Positions 19,473 through 28,138 of a DNA stretch of 64,000 nucleotides are shown in pieces. The stretch comes from an uncultured Lentisphaeraceae bacterium (GTDB lineage Bacteria; Verrucomicrobiota; Kiritimatiellia; RFP12; DVOR01). A model generated the notes under the pieces. It ran no database searches. It was not told where the DNA came from and saw nothing but the letters and a program-made list of their open reading frames with translations. Location of the stretch: assembly GCA_949289005.1 (NCBI GenBank), contig CASEMQ010000033.1, forward strand, positions 1,472-65,471. Direction: 5' to 3'. Within the stretch, counting starts at the first letter, position 1; every line of letters starts with the position of its first letter. The position numbers and the translations under genes are program-made.

Positions 19473-21672
19473 AGCGTTCTACCTTTGTTTCGGGTTGGGG
19501 TTGCGTGAGCGCCCGAAGGCGTTGGGCAAGGGTGGTCTGACGGCGCAGGTCGGCCTCGGCATGAAGGGCGATCCACACGGCCTTGGAGGAGCCGATGACG
19601 ACGACAAGGCGTTTGCCGCGGGTGAGGGCGGTGTAGAGGAGGTTCTTGCGCAGGAGTTTGAAGTGCTGGGTGTGGAGGACGATGACGACGGCGGGATATT
19701 CGCTGCCCTGGGATTTGTGGATGCTGCAGGCGTAGGCCAGGGTGAGCTCGTCGAGTTCGTCCTGCTTGTAGTCCACGACATGGCCGTCGAAGTCCACGGT
19801 GAGGGCGCGGGACTCAGGGTCGACGGCGGCCACGAAGCCGATGTCGCCGTTGAAGACGTCTTTGTCGTAGTCGTTGGCGATTTGCATGACGCGGTCGCGC
19901 ACGCGGAAGGCGACGCTGCCGCGCCGGAGTTCGGGGCCGGTGGGGTTGAGGGCGTGCTGGAGAAGCTCGTTGAGGCGGTCGGTGCCGAGTTCGGCGCGGC
20001 GCATGGGGGTGAGCACCTGGATGTCGTGCGCCGGGTCGAGGGCGAAGCGGGCGGGGATGCGGCGCGTGACCATGCGCAACATGATGTCCTGGATTTTCGC
20101 CGGGTCCATCGCCTCCATGAAATAGAAGTCGCTGTCGTGGCCGGGCGGGGGCAGCTCGAAGGGCTCGCCCTCGTTCACGCGGTGGGCATTGCGCACGATG
20201 TAGCCCGAGGCGTCTTGGCGGAAGATGGTGGTGAGGCGCGCGCAGGGGATGACGCCCGAGCCGATGAGGTCGCCCAAGACGTTGCCGGCGCCCACGCTCG
20301 GCAGCTGATCCGCGTCGCCCACCAAGATGAGGATGGCGGTGTCGGGAAGGGCCTCGACGAACTTGCGCGTGAGGGCGGCATCGAGCATCGAGCACTCGTC
20401 CACGACAAAGACGTCGCCGGCGAGGCGATTGTCCAGGCCGTAGAGGAAGCCGCCCGTCTGAGGCTGGTATTTCAGCAGACGGTGAAGGGTGGTGGCCTGG
20501 AAACCGGTGGATTCGTTCATGCGCTTGGCGGCGCGGCCCGTCGGCGCGGCCAGGAAGAGGCGCAGGCGGCGGGCGGAGAAGATTTCGCAGAGCGCGCGGA
20601 TGATGGTGGTCTTGCCCACGCCGGGTCCGCCCGTCACCACGCAAACCTTCTCGCTCACGGCCATGTGGAGGGCCTGCCACTGCGCCGAGGCGAGCGTGAG
20701 GCCCATCTTGCGCTCGGCCCACTCCACGGCCTTGTCGGCCACGATGGGGCGAAAGGCCGGCTTGGTGCGCAGGAGCGCGGCCAGGCGCGTGGCAATGGCC
20801 ACCTCGTCGGCGTAATGGCCGGCCAGATAGACGCGATCCTCCTCGATTACCACCACCTGGCGCTGCGCGTCGGCCAAGAGCGCCTCGTTCAGCCGCTCCA
20901 CGGGAATGCCCAGCGCGTCGTTGGCCGTCAGGAGCAGTTCCGACTGCCGCAGGTAGACGTGCCCGCCATCCTCCGCCGCCGTTTGCAGGCAGTGCAACAG
21001 CCCCGCCTCGGCGCGCAACTCCGAATCCGGCGCGATGCCCATGTTCAGCGCGATGCGATCCGCCGTCAAAAAGCCGATGCCGCGCACATCCTCCGCCAGG
21101 CGGTAAGGATTGCGCTTGACGATGGCAATGGCGTCCGGCCCATACCGCCGCCAGATCCGCGCCGCCTGCCCCGTGCCGATGCCCTGCGACTGCAGGTAAA
21201 TCATCGTGTCGTGGCTCTGCCGCTGCTCCGTCCACGACTTGCGGATCTGCGCGCACTTCTTCGCCCCCACCTTCGGCACCTCGCGCAGACGGTCCGGGCG
21301 GTTGTCCAGCACCCACACCGTGTCCGTCCCGAACCGCCGCACGATCGCCTCCGCCAGCACCGGCCCGATGCCCCGGATCAGCCCGCTCGCCAAAAACCGC
21401 TTGATGCCCTCCACCGAGGTCGGCGCCACGCACGTCAGCCGCTCCGCCCGGAACTGCCGCCCGAACCGCGCGTCCTCCACCCACCGCCCCTCCGCCGTGA
21501 TCTCCTCGCCCGGCCAGACCGTCGCGCACCTGCCCACCACCGTCAGCCGCCGCGCGTCCCCCACCTGCTCCGCCACCGGCCGCACCGAAAGCACCGTGTA
21601 GCCCGTCTCCTCATTCCGGAAGACGACGCTCTCCACCGTCCCCGTCACCGCCTCCGCAGCCCCCTCAGCCAT
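19462..21672 (-). CDS. recD2: RecD2-type ATP-dependent SF1 DNA helicase
   Basis: N-terminal OB/HhH region (GIGPVLAEAIV), Walker A GGPGVGKTT, DExx (VVDECSMLD), C-terminal SIHKSQGSEY motif. Confidence 0.88.
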   Translation of the reverse strand: MAEGAAEAVTGTVESVVFRNEETGYTVLSVRPVAEQVGDARRLTVVGRCATVWPGEEITAEGRWVEDARFGRQFRAERLTCVAPTSVEGIKRFLASGLIRGIGPVLAEAIVRRFGTDTVWVLDNRPDRLREVPKVGAKKCAQIRKSWTEQRQSHDTMIYLQSQGIGTGQAARIWRRYGPDAIAIVKRNPYRLAEDVRGIGFLTADRIALNMGIAPDSELRAEAGLLHCLQTAAEDGGHVYLRQSELLLTANDALGIPVERLNEALLADAQRQVVVIEEDRVYLAGHYADEVAIATRLAALLRTKPAFRPIVADKAVEWAERKMGLTLASAQWQALHMAVSEKVCVVTGGPGVGKTTIIRALCEIFSARRLRLFLAAPTGRAAKRMNESTGFQATTLHRLLKYQPQTGGFLYGLDNRLAGDVFVVDECSMLDAALTRKFVEALPDTAILILVGDADQLPSVGAGNVLGDLIGSGVIPCARLTTIFRQDASGYIVRNAHRVNEGEPFELPPPGHDSDFYFMEAMDPAKIQDIMLRMVTRRIPARFALDPAHDIQVLTPMRRAELGTDRLNELLQHALNPTGPELRRGSVAFRVRDRVMQIANDYDKDVFNGDIGFVAAVDPESRALTVDFDGHVVDYKQDELDELTLAYACSIHKSQGSEYPAVVIVLHTQHFKLLRKNLLYTALTRGKRLVVVIGSSKAVWIALHAEADLRRQTTLAQRLRALTQPQPETKVERCET

Positions 21673-22792
21673 GAATCAGCCCCAAAAGCCGCTCGAAGTC
21701 CACGTCCGACACCGCCGCCGTGAGCGAGAACCGCAGCCGCGCCGTCCCCTCCGGCACCGTCGGCGGGCGGATTGGCAGCACATAAAACCCCGCCTCGCGG
21801 AAACGCGCCGCCTCCGCCGCGGCCGCCTCGTTCCCCCCCACCACAAACGGCACGATCTGCGAATCGCTCACGCATGGGCGCCCCGTGGCGCGGATGGCCT
21901 CCGCCAGGCGCCGCCCCATCGCCCGCACCCGCGCCCGCCGCGCCCCCATCCCCGCGAGCGCATGGAGCACAAACCGCGTCCACGCCAGATTGACCGGCGG
22001 CAACGCCGTCGTGAAGACAAACGGCCGCGCGCGATTCACCAACAGCTCCCGCACCGCCCGCCGGCACACCACATACGCCCCCAGCGAACTCCACGCCTTC
22101 CCGCACGTCCCCACCAACAAATCGATCTCCCCCGCCAGCCCCGCCTCATGCGCGCACCCCAGCCCCGTCTCCCCAAAGACCCCCACCCCATGCGCCTCGT
22201 CCAGATACAGCGCCACGTTCGGGAAATCCCGCTTCAACGCCACCAACCCCGCCAGATCCACCCGGTCCCCATCCATCGAAAAGACACTCTCCGTCATCAC
22301 GAAGACATCCTCGTAATCCCCCGCGTGCCGCTCCAACAACCGCCGCGCGTGCCCCAAATCATTGTGCCGATACCGGAAAAAGTCGCACCCCGCCGCCCGG
22401 ATCCCGTCGATCATGCTCGCATGGCTCAGCTTGTCCGCCAAAACCAACGTCTTCGGCCCCGCCAACGCCGGCACGATCCCCGTGTTCGCGTGATACCCCG
22501 AGTCAAAAACCAACGCCGCCTCCGCCCCATACGCCGCCGCCAAATCCCCCTCCAACGCCTCCGCCTCCGGCACGTTCCCCGTCAACAGCCGCGAACTCGC
22601 CGCCGAAAGCGCCCGCGCCTCCCGCGAAAGCCCCGCGTAAAACGCCTCCCGCAACGCCTCGTCCCCCAGCAACCCCAGATAATCGTTGCTCGAAAGGTTG
22701 CACAAGCCCTCCGGCATCCGCGGCAACCGCCGCAGGCACCCCCGCGCCCCCAGGCGCGCCAACTCCGCCTCAATCCGCGTAACAAAGTCCAT
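21665..22792 (-). CDS. bioF: 8-amino-7-oxononanoate synthase-like alpha-oxoamine synthase (PLP-dependent)
   Basis: SNDYLGL, DEAHGVG and the TCGKA PLP-lysine motif. BioF versus Kbl cannot be separated by eye. Confidence 0.75.
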   Translation of the reverse strand: MDFVTRIEAELARLGARGCLRRLPRMPEGLCNLSSNDYLGLLGDEALREAFYAGLSREARALSAASSRLLTGNVPEAEALEGDLAAAYGAEAALVFDSGYHANTGIVPALAGPKTLVLADKLSHASMIDGIRAAGCDFFRYRHNDLGHARRLLERHAGDYEDVFVMTESVFSMDGDRVDLAGLVALKRDFPNVALYLDEAHGVGVFGETGLGCAHEAGLAGEIDLLVGTCGKAWSSLGAYVVCRRAVRELLVNRARPFVFTTALPPVNLAWTRFVLHALAGMGARRARVRAMGRRLAEAIRATGRPCVSDSQIVPFVVGGNEAAAAEAARFREAGFYVLPIRPPTVPEGTARLRFSLTAAVSDVDFERLLGLIHG

Positions 22793-22891
22793 GCCCACAG
22801 TGTACCACATCCCCGCCCATCAAGCGTCGGCAACAAAAAATCCGGGGAAACGCCACGCGATTTCCCCGGACGCGATCGCCGCGCGGCACGC

Positions 22892-24412
22892 TCAGGCGTC
22901 GACGAAGAGCTCGGCGGTGGCGAAGAGTGGGTCGTTGGTGGCGCGGATGCCGAGGCGGCGGAGGCCGGCCTCGTCGCCGGGGGTGAGCATGTGGGAGAGG
23001 TGCATCTCGCAGTCGCGCAGGTCGGCGAGGCGCTCGAGGGCGGCCTTGGCGTCGGGGTCGGTGGCGGCGCAGATGGCGAGGGAGACAAGGGTCTCGTCGA
23101 GGTTGAGCGAACCGTATTTGCCCTTGAGGATGCCCTGCTTCATGTGGGTGACGGAGGCGATGGTCTCGGGGGCGAGCAGATGGCGCGCCTGCGGGATGCC
23201 GGCGAGGCGCTTGACGGCGTTGAGCACGGTGGCGGCGGCGGCGTGGAGGTGCGGGGAGTTCTTGCCGCGGACGATCGCGCCGTCGGGCAATTCGAGCGCG
23301 GCGCCGCAGGCGACGCCTTCGAGGGCGTGGGCAAGGGAGGCTTCGTGCGCGGCCTGGCGGGCGGGGACGACGACGGCGCGGTCCTCGGGGTGGAGGCGCA
23401 GCTGGCGCATGAGCCGCTCGAGGATCTCGACGGGGCGCTTGTCGGAGGAGCCCTTGGCGACGGCGTCGGAGAGGTGGCGGAAGTAGCGGCGGATGACCTC
23501 TTGGCGGGCGGCTTCCTGGCAGACGGCGTCGTCGACGATGCCGGTGGCGATGCGGTTGACGCCCATGTCGGTGGGGCTCTTGTAGGGGCAGTCGCCGCCG
23601 CGGTCAAGGCGGGCCCAGATTTCGCGCAAGAGGGGGAAGGCCTCGACGTCGCGGTTGTAGTTCACGGCCACCTTGCCGTAGGCCTCCAGATGGAAGGGGT
23701 CAATCATGTTGATGTCGCCCAGATCGGCGGTGGCGGCCTCGTAGGCGAGATTCACGGGGTGCTTGAGCGGCAGGTCCCAGACGGGGAAGGTCTCGAACTT
23801 GGCGTAGCCCGCGGGGCGGCCGGCCATGCGGTCGTGATAGAGCATGGTGAGGCAGGTGGCGAGTTTGCCGGAGCCGGGGCCGGGGCCCGTGACCACGACG
23901 ATGGGGCGCGTCGTCTCAACATAGGCGTTGGCGCCGTAGCCCTCGGGGGAGACCACCAGGTCGAGGTTGGAGGGGTAGCCCGGCACGGCGCGGTGCAGCT
24001 TCACCGTCACGCCGCGCGCCTCCAGCTTGTTGCGGAACTGAATGGCGGCCGGCTGCCCGTCGAACCGCGTGATCACCACCGCGCAGACATGGATGCCCCA
24101 GGCGCGGAGCGAATCGATGAGCTTGAGCGCGTCGTCGTCGTAGGAAATGCCGAAGTCCGCGCGCATCTTCTTGCGCTCGATGTCCTCGGCGTAGACGCAG
24201 AGGATGATCTCGGCCTTGTCGCCAAGGGCGCGCAACAGGCGCAGCTTCACGTTGGGGTCATAGCCCGGGAGCACGCGCGCGGCATGGTAATCGAACATCA
24301 GCTTGCCGCCGAACTCCAGATACAGCTTGTTGCCAAAGGCCCGCGCCCGCTCCATCAGGCCCTCCGCCTGGCGCTTGAGATAGGCCTCGTTGTCAAACCC
24401 AATCGTCCGCAT
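22892..24412 (-). CDS. DUF1846 (UPF0371) family protein
   Basis: MRTIGFDNEAYLKRQ start and a VVVTGPGPGSGKLATCL P-loop-like segment characteristic of this family. Confidence 0.75.
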   Translation of the reverse strand: MRTIGFDNEAYLKRQAEGLMERARAFGNKLYLEFGGKLMFDYHAARVLPGYDPNVKLRLLRALGDKAEIILCVYAEDIERKKMRADFGISYDDDALKLIDSLRAWGIHVCAVVITRFDGQPAAIQFRNKLEARGVTVKLHRAVPGYPSNLDLVVSPEGYGANAYVETTRPIVVVTGPGPGSGKLATCLTMLYHDRMAGRPAGYAKFETFPVWDLPLKHPVNLAYEAATADLGDINMIDPFHLEAYGKVAVNYNRDVEAFPLLREIWARLDRGGDCPYKSPTDMGVNRIATGIVDDAVCQEAARQEVIRRYFRHLSDAVAKGSSDKRPVEILERLMRQLRLHPEDRAVVVPARQAAHEASLAHALEGVACGAALELPDGAIVRGKNSPHLHAAAATVLNAVKRLAGIPQARHLLAPETIASVTHMKQGILKGKYGSLNLDETLVSLAICAATDPDAKAALERLADLRDCEMHLSHMLTPGDEAGLRRLGIRATNDPLFATAELFVDA

Positions 24413-24620
24413 AACCGTGCTCCGAAAACGCGCCCCCAACCGGGGCAACACGGGGCGGCATTATACCAAAGAAGTCAGGAGCTGTGGGGACCCGCATCCG
24501 CTTCGTTCGCGCCCGGGGAAAATGCGCCATTCCCCGAACACGCCGGCAGCCCTGCGCGGGGTGCCCCGCGCCCCCTTGGCGCCCTTTGCGATCCCAATCC
24601 CCCGGCGTCCCGCAGGCCAC

Positions 24621-24647
24621 AAAAAAAGGCCCGGCTTGCGCCGGGCC
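24621..24647 (-). terminator. Rho-independent terminator downstream of the tRNA-Gly/tRNA-Lys pair
   Basis: On the minus strand, GGCCCGGC-gcaa-GCCGGGCC is followed by TTTTTTT. Confidence 0.8.
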
Positions 24648-24653
24648 CCAAAA

Positions 24654-24729
24654 TGGTAGGGGTGCACGGGCTTGAACCGTGGACCCAGTGATTAAGAGTC
24701 ACTTGCTCTACCAACTGAGCTACACCCCC
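24654..24729 (-). tRNA. tRNA-Lys (anticodon CTT)
   Basis: 76-nt cloverleaf: GGGGGTG acceptor, anticodon loop CTCTTAA, T-loop TTCAAGC, CCA. Confidence 0.93.
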
Positions 24730-24736
24730 GAGAGGA

Positions 24737-24812
24737 TGGAGCGAACTAAGGGACTCGAACCCTCAACCTCCACCTTGGCAAGGTGGAGCTCTGCCAATTG
24801 AGCTAAGTTCGC
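24737..24812 (-). tRNA. tRNA-Gly (anticodon GCC)
   Basis: 76-nt cloverleaf: GCGAACT acceptor, anticodon loop TTGCCAA, T-loop TTCGAGT, CCA. Confidence 0.93.
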
Positions 24813-25427
24813 TTATGCCGCGCTTTGCTCCGCGCGTCGCTCAAAAAACGCACACATGATAGCAAACGCGCCCCCCGCGCGCAAGGACTTTTTTCGTTTC
24901 GCGGGAATGTCTTTCTTTTTCCGATGGAGGGCATGCCACGCGGCAGGGACGGAGCCCCAGAAGACGAGCTCAAGGAGAAACGCGTCCACGATCAGGTTGG
25001 TCAGCTTGCAACGTGGGCCTTTTTGGGCACCGTTCATGCGGGCGTTCTGTTGGGCGGCCTCGGCGCTGTAGGAGAAATATTGGTAGCGCACCTTCTTGCG
25101 ATCCCGGAGTTTCATGCAGATGACACCCCCCGGGCAACCGCGTCTAAGCTCGTGCCGCAAAGTGGATTCTGCAATGTTTAACTTCTTCGCGATTGCGCGG
25201 ATCGAGGGGTGCCGGAACCCGTCCCGGACTTTCCAATACTTCTCGATTTTCTTGCGCAACTCGTAGTCAATGTCGCAGCGTTTTGTGGTACACTTCTTCA
25301 CGTCAGCCTCCTTGTTGGATGTTTGTGAAGCCTTTATGGTACCACGAGGGGCTGACTTTTTCATGCCTTTTTTGGTTCGCGCGCGCCGCCCCCCGGGGGG
25401 CGGGATACGCTTCTTCTCTCTCTTCAT
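24813..25427 (-). pseudogene. Truncated IS30-family transposase (N-terminal HTH part only; no DDE domain)
   Basis: The translation carries IRAIAKKLNIAESTLRHELRRG (HTH) and YSAEAAQQNARMNGAQKGPRCKL, typical of IS30 N-termini. The ORF then degenerates and runs into tRNA-Gly. The DNA is noticeably lower in GC. Confidence 0.55.
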
Positions 25428-25539
25428 GATAGGTCCTCATAAGGTGCGCAAACACATCATACACTTTCCAAAAGCGCCCCGGCGACGATTTTTCGCTTGC
25501 GGGAATACGTGGGGTTTGGCATAATAGGCGCAATTTTCA

Positions 25540-25632
<93 letters not shown>

Positions 25633-25702
25633 TGTTTGACTGCAAGGTTGCAGGCTTGGAGGCGTTGCCCGGCTTCCGGGCCTGTTTTGTTTGATGGTGC
25701 GG

Positions 25703-25756
25703 GGGCACAAAAAAAGCGCGGTTGCGAGCGTTCGCAACCGCGCTTTTTTTGTGCCC
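25703..25756. terminator. Long bidirectional terminator palindrome
   Basis: GGGCACAAAAAAAGCGCGGTTGCGA-gcg-TTCGCAACCGCGCTTTTTTTGTGCCC between tRNA-Ser and the convergent polyferredoxin gene. Confidence 0.8.
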
Positions 25757-25764
25757 TGCGGGGG

Positions 25765-27228
25765 TCAGATGAGCCAGTCGTCGCCGGCGGGCCCGGGCGG
25801 GGCGGGGGTGGTGGGTTTGAGGATCTCGTCGGGATCGGCGGCTTGGACCTGGACGTCGACGGGCCAGACGCGGACGGCTTTGATGGGGCGGGTGGGGCAA
25901 GGATATTCGCAACTGCCGCAGCCGATGCAAAGGCGGGTGTCGAGGGTGGGGACGCGAATGCCTTCGGCGTCTTCTTTCATGCGGAGGGCGCCGGTGGGGC
26001 AGTGCTCGGCGCAGGCCCCGCACTCGAAGCCCTCGGTGCCGGCGATGCAGAGGCCGAGGTCGACGGCGGCGAGGCCGAGGCGGGTGCGTTGCTTGGTCTT
26101 GAGGTCGAGGGGAAGAAGCGCGCCGGTGGGGCAGACTTCGGCGCAACGGTTGCAATAGAACTCGCACATGCCGTTGTCGAAGGAGAGGTGGACGGCACCG
26201 AAGGCGCCGGCGGGCCGGAGCACGTGGCCGATGCAGTGGGTGACGCAGAGGCGGCAGTCGGTGCATTTGGCAAGGAAGCGTTGGCGGGAGCCGGCGCCGG
26301 GGGGATAGATGCCTTGCTTGGCGGTGTGGGTGCGTGGGCCATAGGCGGGGTAGAGGGGCTTGGCGGCACGCGCGGCGAGGCCAAGGGCGGCGCCGCCGGC
26401 GACGAGCGCGCCGGCGGTGAGGGCCTCGCGGCGGCCGGGCAGGCGGAAACCGGGGTTGCGCCCGTAGGCGATGGCGCCGACGGGGCAGGTGGCGGCACAG
26501 GCGAGGCAACGAATGCAGCGGCCGTTGTCGAGTGTGGCGGTTTTGGGATCCAGGCAGCCGACGGGGCAGGCGGCGACACATTTGCCGCAGTGGATGCATT
26601 TGTCGGTGAAGCGGAGTCCGAAGGGCGCCATCGCGGAGCCACAGGCGAGGAGCGCGCCGACGGGGCAGAGCGTGTTGCAGAAGAGGCGGCGGCGCCAGAG
26701 GGTGAGGAGGGCGATGGCAAGGAGGGGGAGCCACGCGCCGGCGGCGATGGCGCCGTAGAGGGTGAAGGGGTCGAGGAAGCGGAGGCCGAGCGTCCAGCCG
26801 CCGATGAGGGCGATGCCCCAGACGGCCACGCCGAGCCCTTTGCGCAAGAGGAGGAGGCGGGGCTGCGGGGCGTTCTTGCGCCAAAAGAAGAGCGCGCCCA
26901 GGAGGTCTTGCAGGATGCCTAGCGGGCAGAGCACGGAGCAGTATGCGCGACCAAGAAAGGCGGTGGCGGCGAGGATGGCGGCCGCGGCAACGATGCCGGC
27001 GAGGGAGAGGCGCGCGGAGGCGGCCATGAGCGCGGGGCCGAGATTGACCCGGGCGAGGGCGGCGAGGCCGTCGGCGGCCTCGGGATACGGCGCGTCGGCC
27101 CACCAGCGGCCAAGGAGTGCGAGGAGGTCGGCGGCGTAACCAAAGGCCAGGGTGGTGGCGAGGATGGCAAGGGCGGCCGCCGCCAGGCGCACCGCCCGCA
27201 GAACCCGCCAGAAGCGCGAGCGAGCCAT
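25765..27228 (-). CDS. Membrane-bound polyferredoxin (NapH/MauN-like N-terminus plus several 4Fe-4S domains)
   Basis: TM segments with CSVLCPLG and CNTLCPVG motifs, followed by at least 4 CxxCxxCxxxCP clusters. Confidence 0.75.
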   Translation of the reverse strand: MARSRFWRVLRAVRLAAAALAILATTLAFGYAADLLALLGRWWADAPYPEAADGLAALARVNLGPALMAASARLSLAGIVAAAAILAATAFLGRAYCSVLCPLGILQDLLGALFFWRKNAPQPRLLLLRKGLGVAVWGIALIGGWTLGLRFLDPFTLYGAIAAGAWLPLLAIALLTLWRRRLFCNTLCPVGALLACGSAMAPFGLRFTDKCIHCGKCVAACPVGCLDPKTATLDNGRCIRCLACAATCPVGAIAYGRNPGFRLPGRREALTAGALVAGGAALGLAARAAKPLYPAYGPRTHTAKQGIYPPGAGSRQRFLAKCTDCRLCVTHCIGHVLRPAGAFGAVHLSFDNGMCEFYCNRCAEVCPTGALLPLDLKTKQRTRLGLAAVDLGLCIAGTEGFECGACAEHCPTGALRMKEDAEGIRVPTLDTRLCIGCGSCEYPCPTRPIKAVRVWPVDVQVQAADPDEILKPTTPAPPGPAGDDWLI

Positions 27229-27230
27229 GC

Positions 27231-28121
27231 TCAAGCCTCGATGCGAAGGATTTCCATGCGGGTCTCGTCGTCGGTGCCGAGGCCGAGGAGGGCGGCGCGG
27301 CGAATGTGGGGAACCTCGGCGAGCGTGAAGCGGAGGAGTTTTGTGGCGAGGGCGTCGGCAGCGACGGGGTCGGTGGAGAGGATTTGGTAGCGGAGAGTGC
27401 GGACATCGGCGAGGCTGACGCCTTGGGGGCCGTTGGTCTGCATGACGCGGTAGGCATCGACGATGTTGAGGTCTGGCTTGCGGTAGAGGACGGCGTCGGC
27501 GATGCACTGGGTGAGGTTGTGGCGGTGCATGTACTGGCGGTCCCAGACCAAGCCCATGAAGTTTTTGAGGCAGGCGGTCATCTTGGCGCCGCCGTGGTGC
27601 TTGAGGATGGGGACGTTGATGAAAACGTCGGCATCGAGGATGGCGCGGTGGATGAGTGCCTTTTTCATGTTGAGGGCTTGGGGGCGCTCCACCTCGCGGT
27701 AGGCGTCCTTGTCGTCGCCCCGGACCATTTTGCCGCCGGCGGCCTCGACGGCGGCGGCGATGCCGGAGGTGCGGTAGCAGCGGCTCCAGGCGCTGCAGGT
27801 GTGGTCGAAGACCTCGACCTGCGCGGCGCCGGCGGCGATGCACTGGCGAACGATCTCGCCGATGAGGATGGGGTTGGTGTTGGCGGCGAACTCGGGCGCG
27901 CGGTCCCAGCCGATGTTAGGCTTGACGACGACTTTTTGGCCGGGCTTGACGAAGGCGGTGATGCCGCCGAGGGCGGCGATGCCTTTTTGGAAGAGTTCGT
28001 TGGGCTCGCCGTTGCGCACCACCGCCACCTTGCTCTTGGCGGCGGGGGCGGCGGCGAGGGACACGGCGGGGGCGGCGACGGCGAGCGCGGCGCCTTGCTT
28101 GAGGAAGTCTCTGCGTTTCAT
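27231..28121 (-). CDS. Tat-exported DUF362 domain protein
   Basis: Twin-arginine signal MKRRDFLKQGAALAV. DUF362-like core (VVVKPNIGW ... NVPILKHH). AGGAG RBS. Confidence 0.7.
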   Translation of the reverse strand: MKRRDFLKQGAALAVAAPAVSLAAAPAAKSKVAVVRNGEPNELFQKGIAALGGITAFVKPGQKVVVKPNIGWDRAPEFAANTNPILIGEIVRQCIAAGAAQVEVFDHTCSAWSRCYRTSGIAAAVEAAGGKMVRGDDKDAYREVERPQALNMKKALIHRAILDADVFINVPILKHHGGAKMTACLKNFMGLVWDRQYMHRHNLTQCIADAVLYRKPDLNIVDAYRVMQTNGPQGVSLADVRTLRYQILSTDPVAADALATKLLRFTLAEVPHIRRAALLGLGTDDETRMEILRIEA

Positions 28122-28138
28122 GGGGCTCCTCCCGGCGA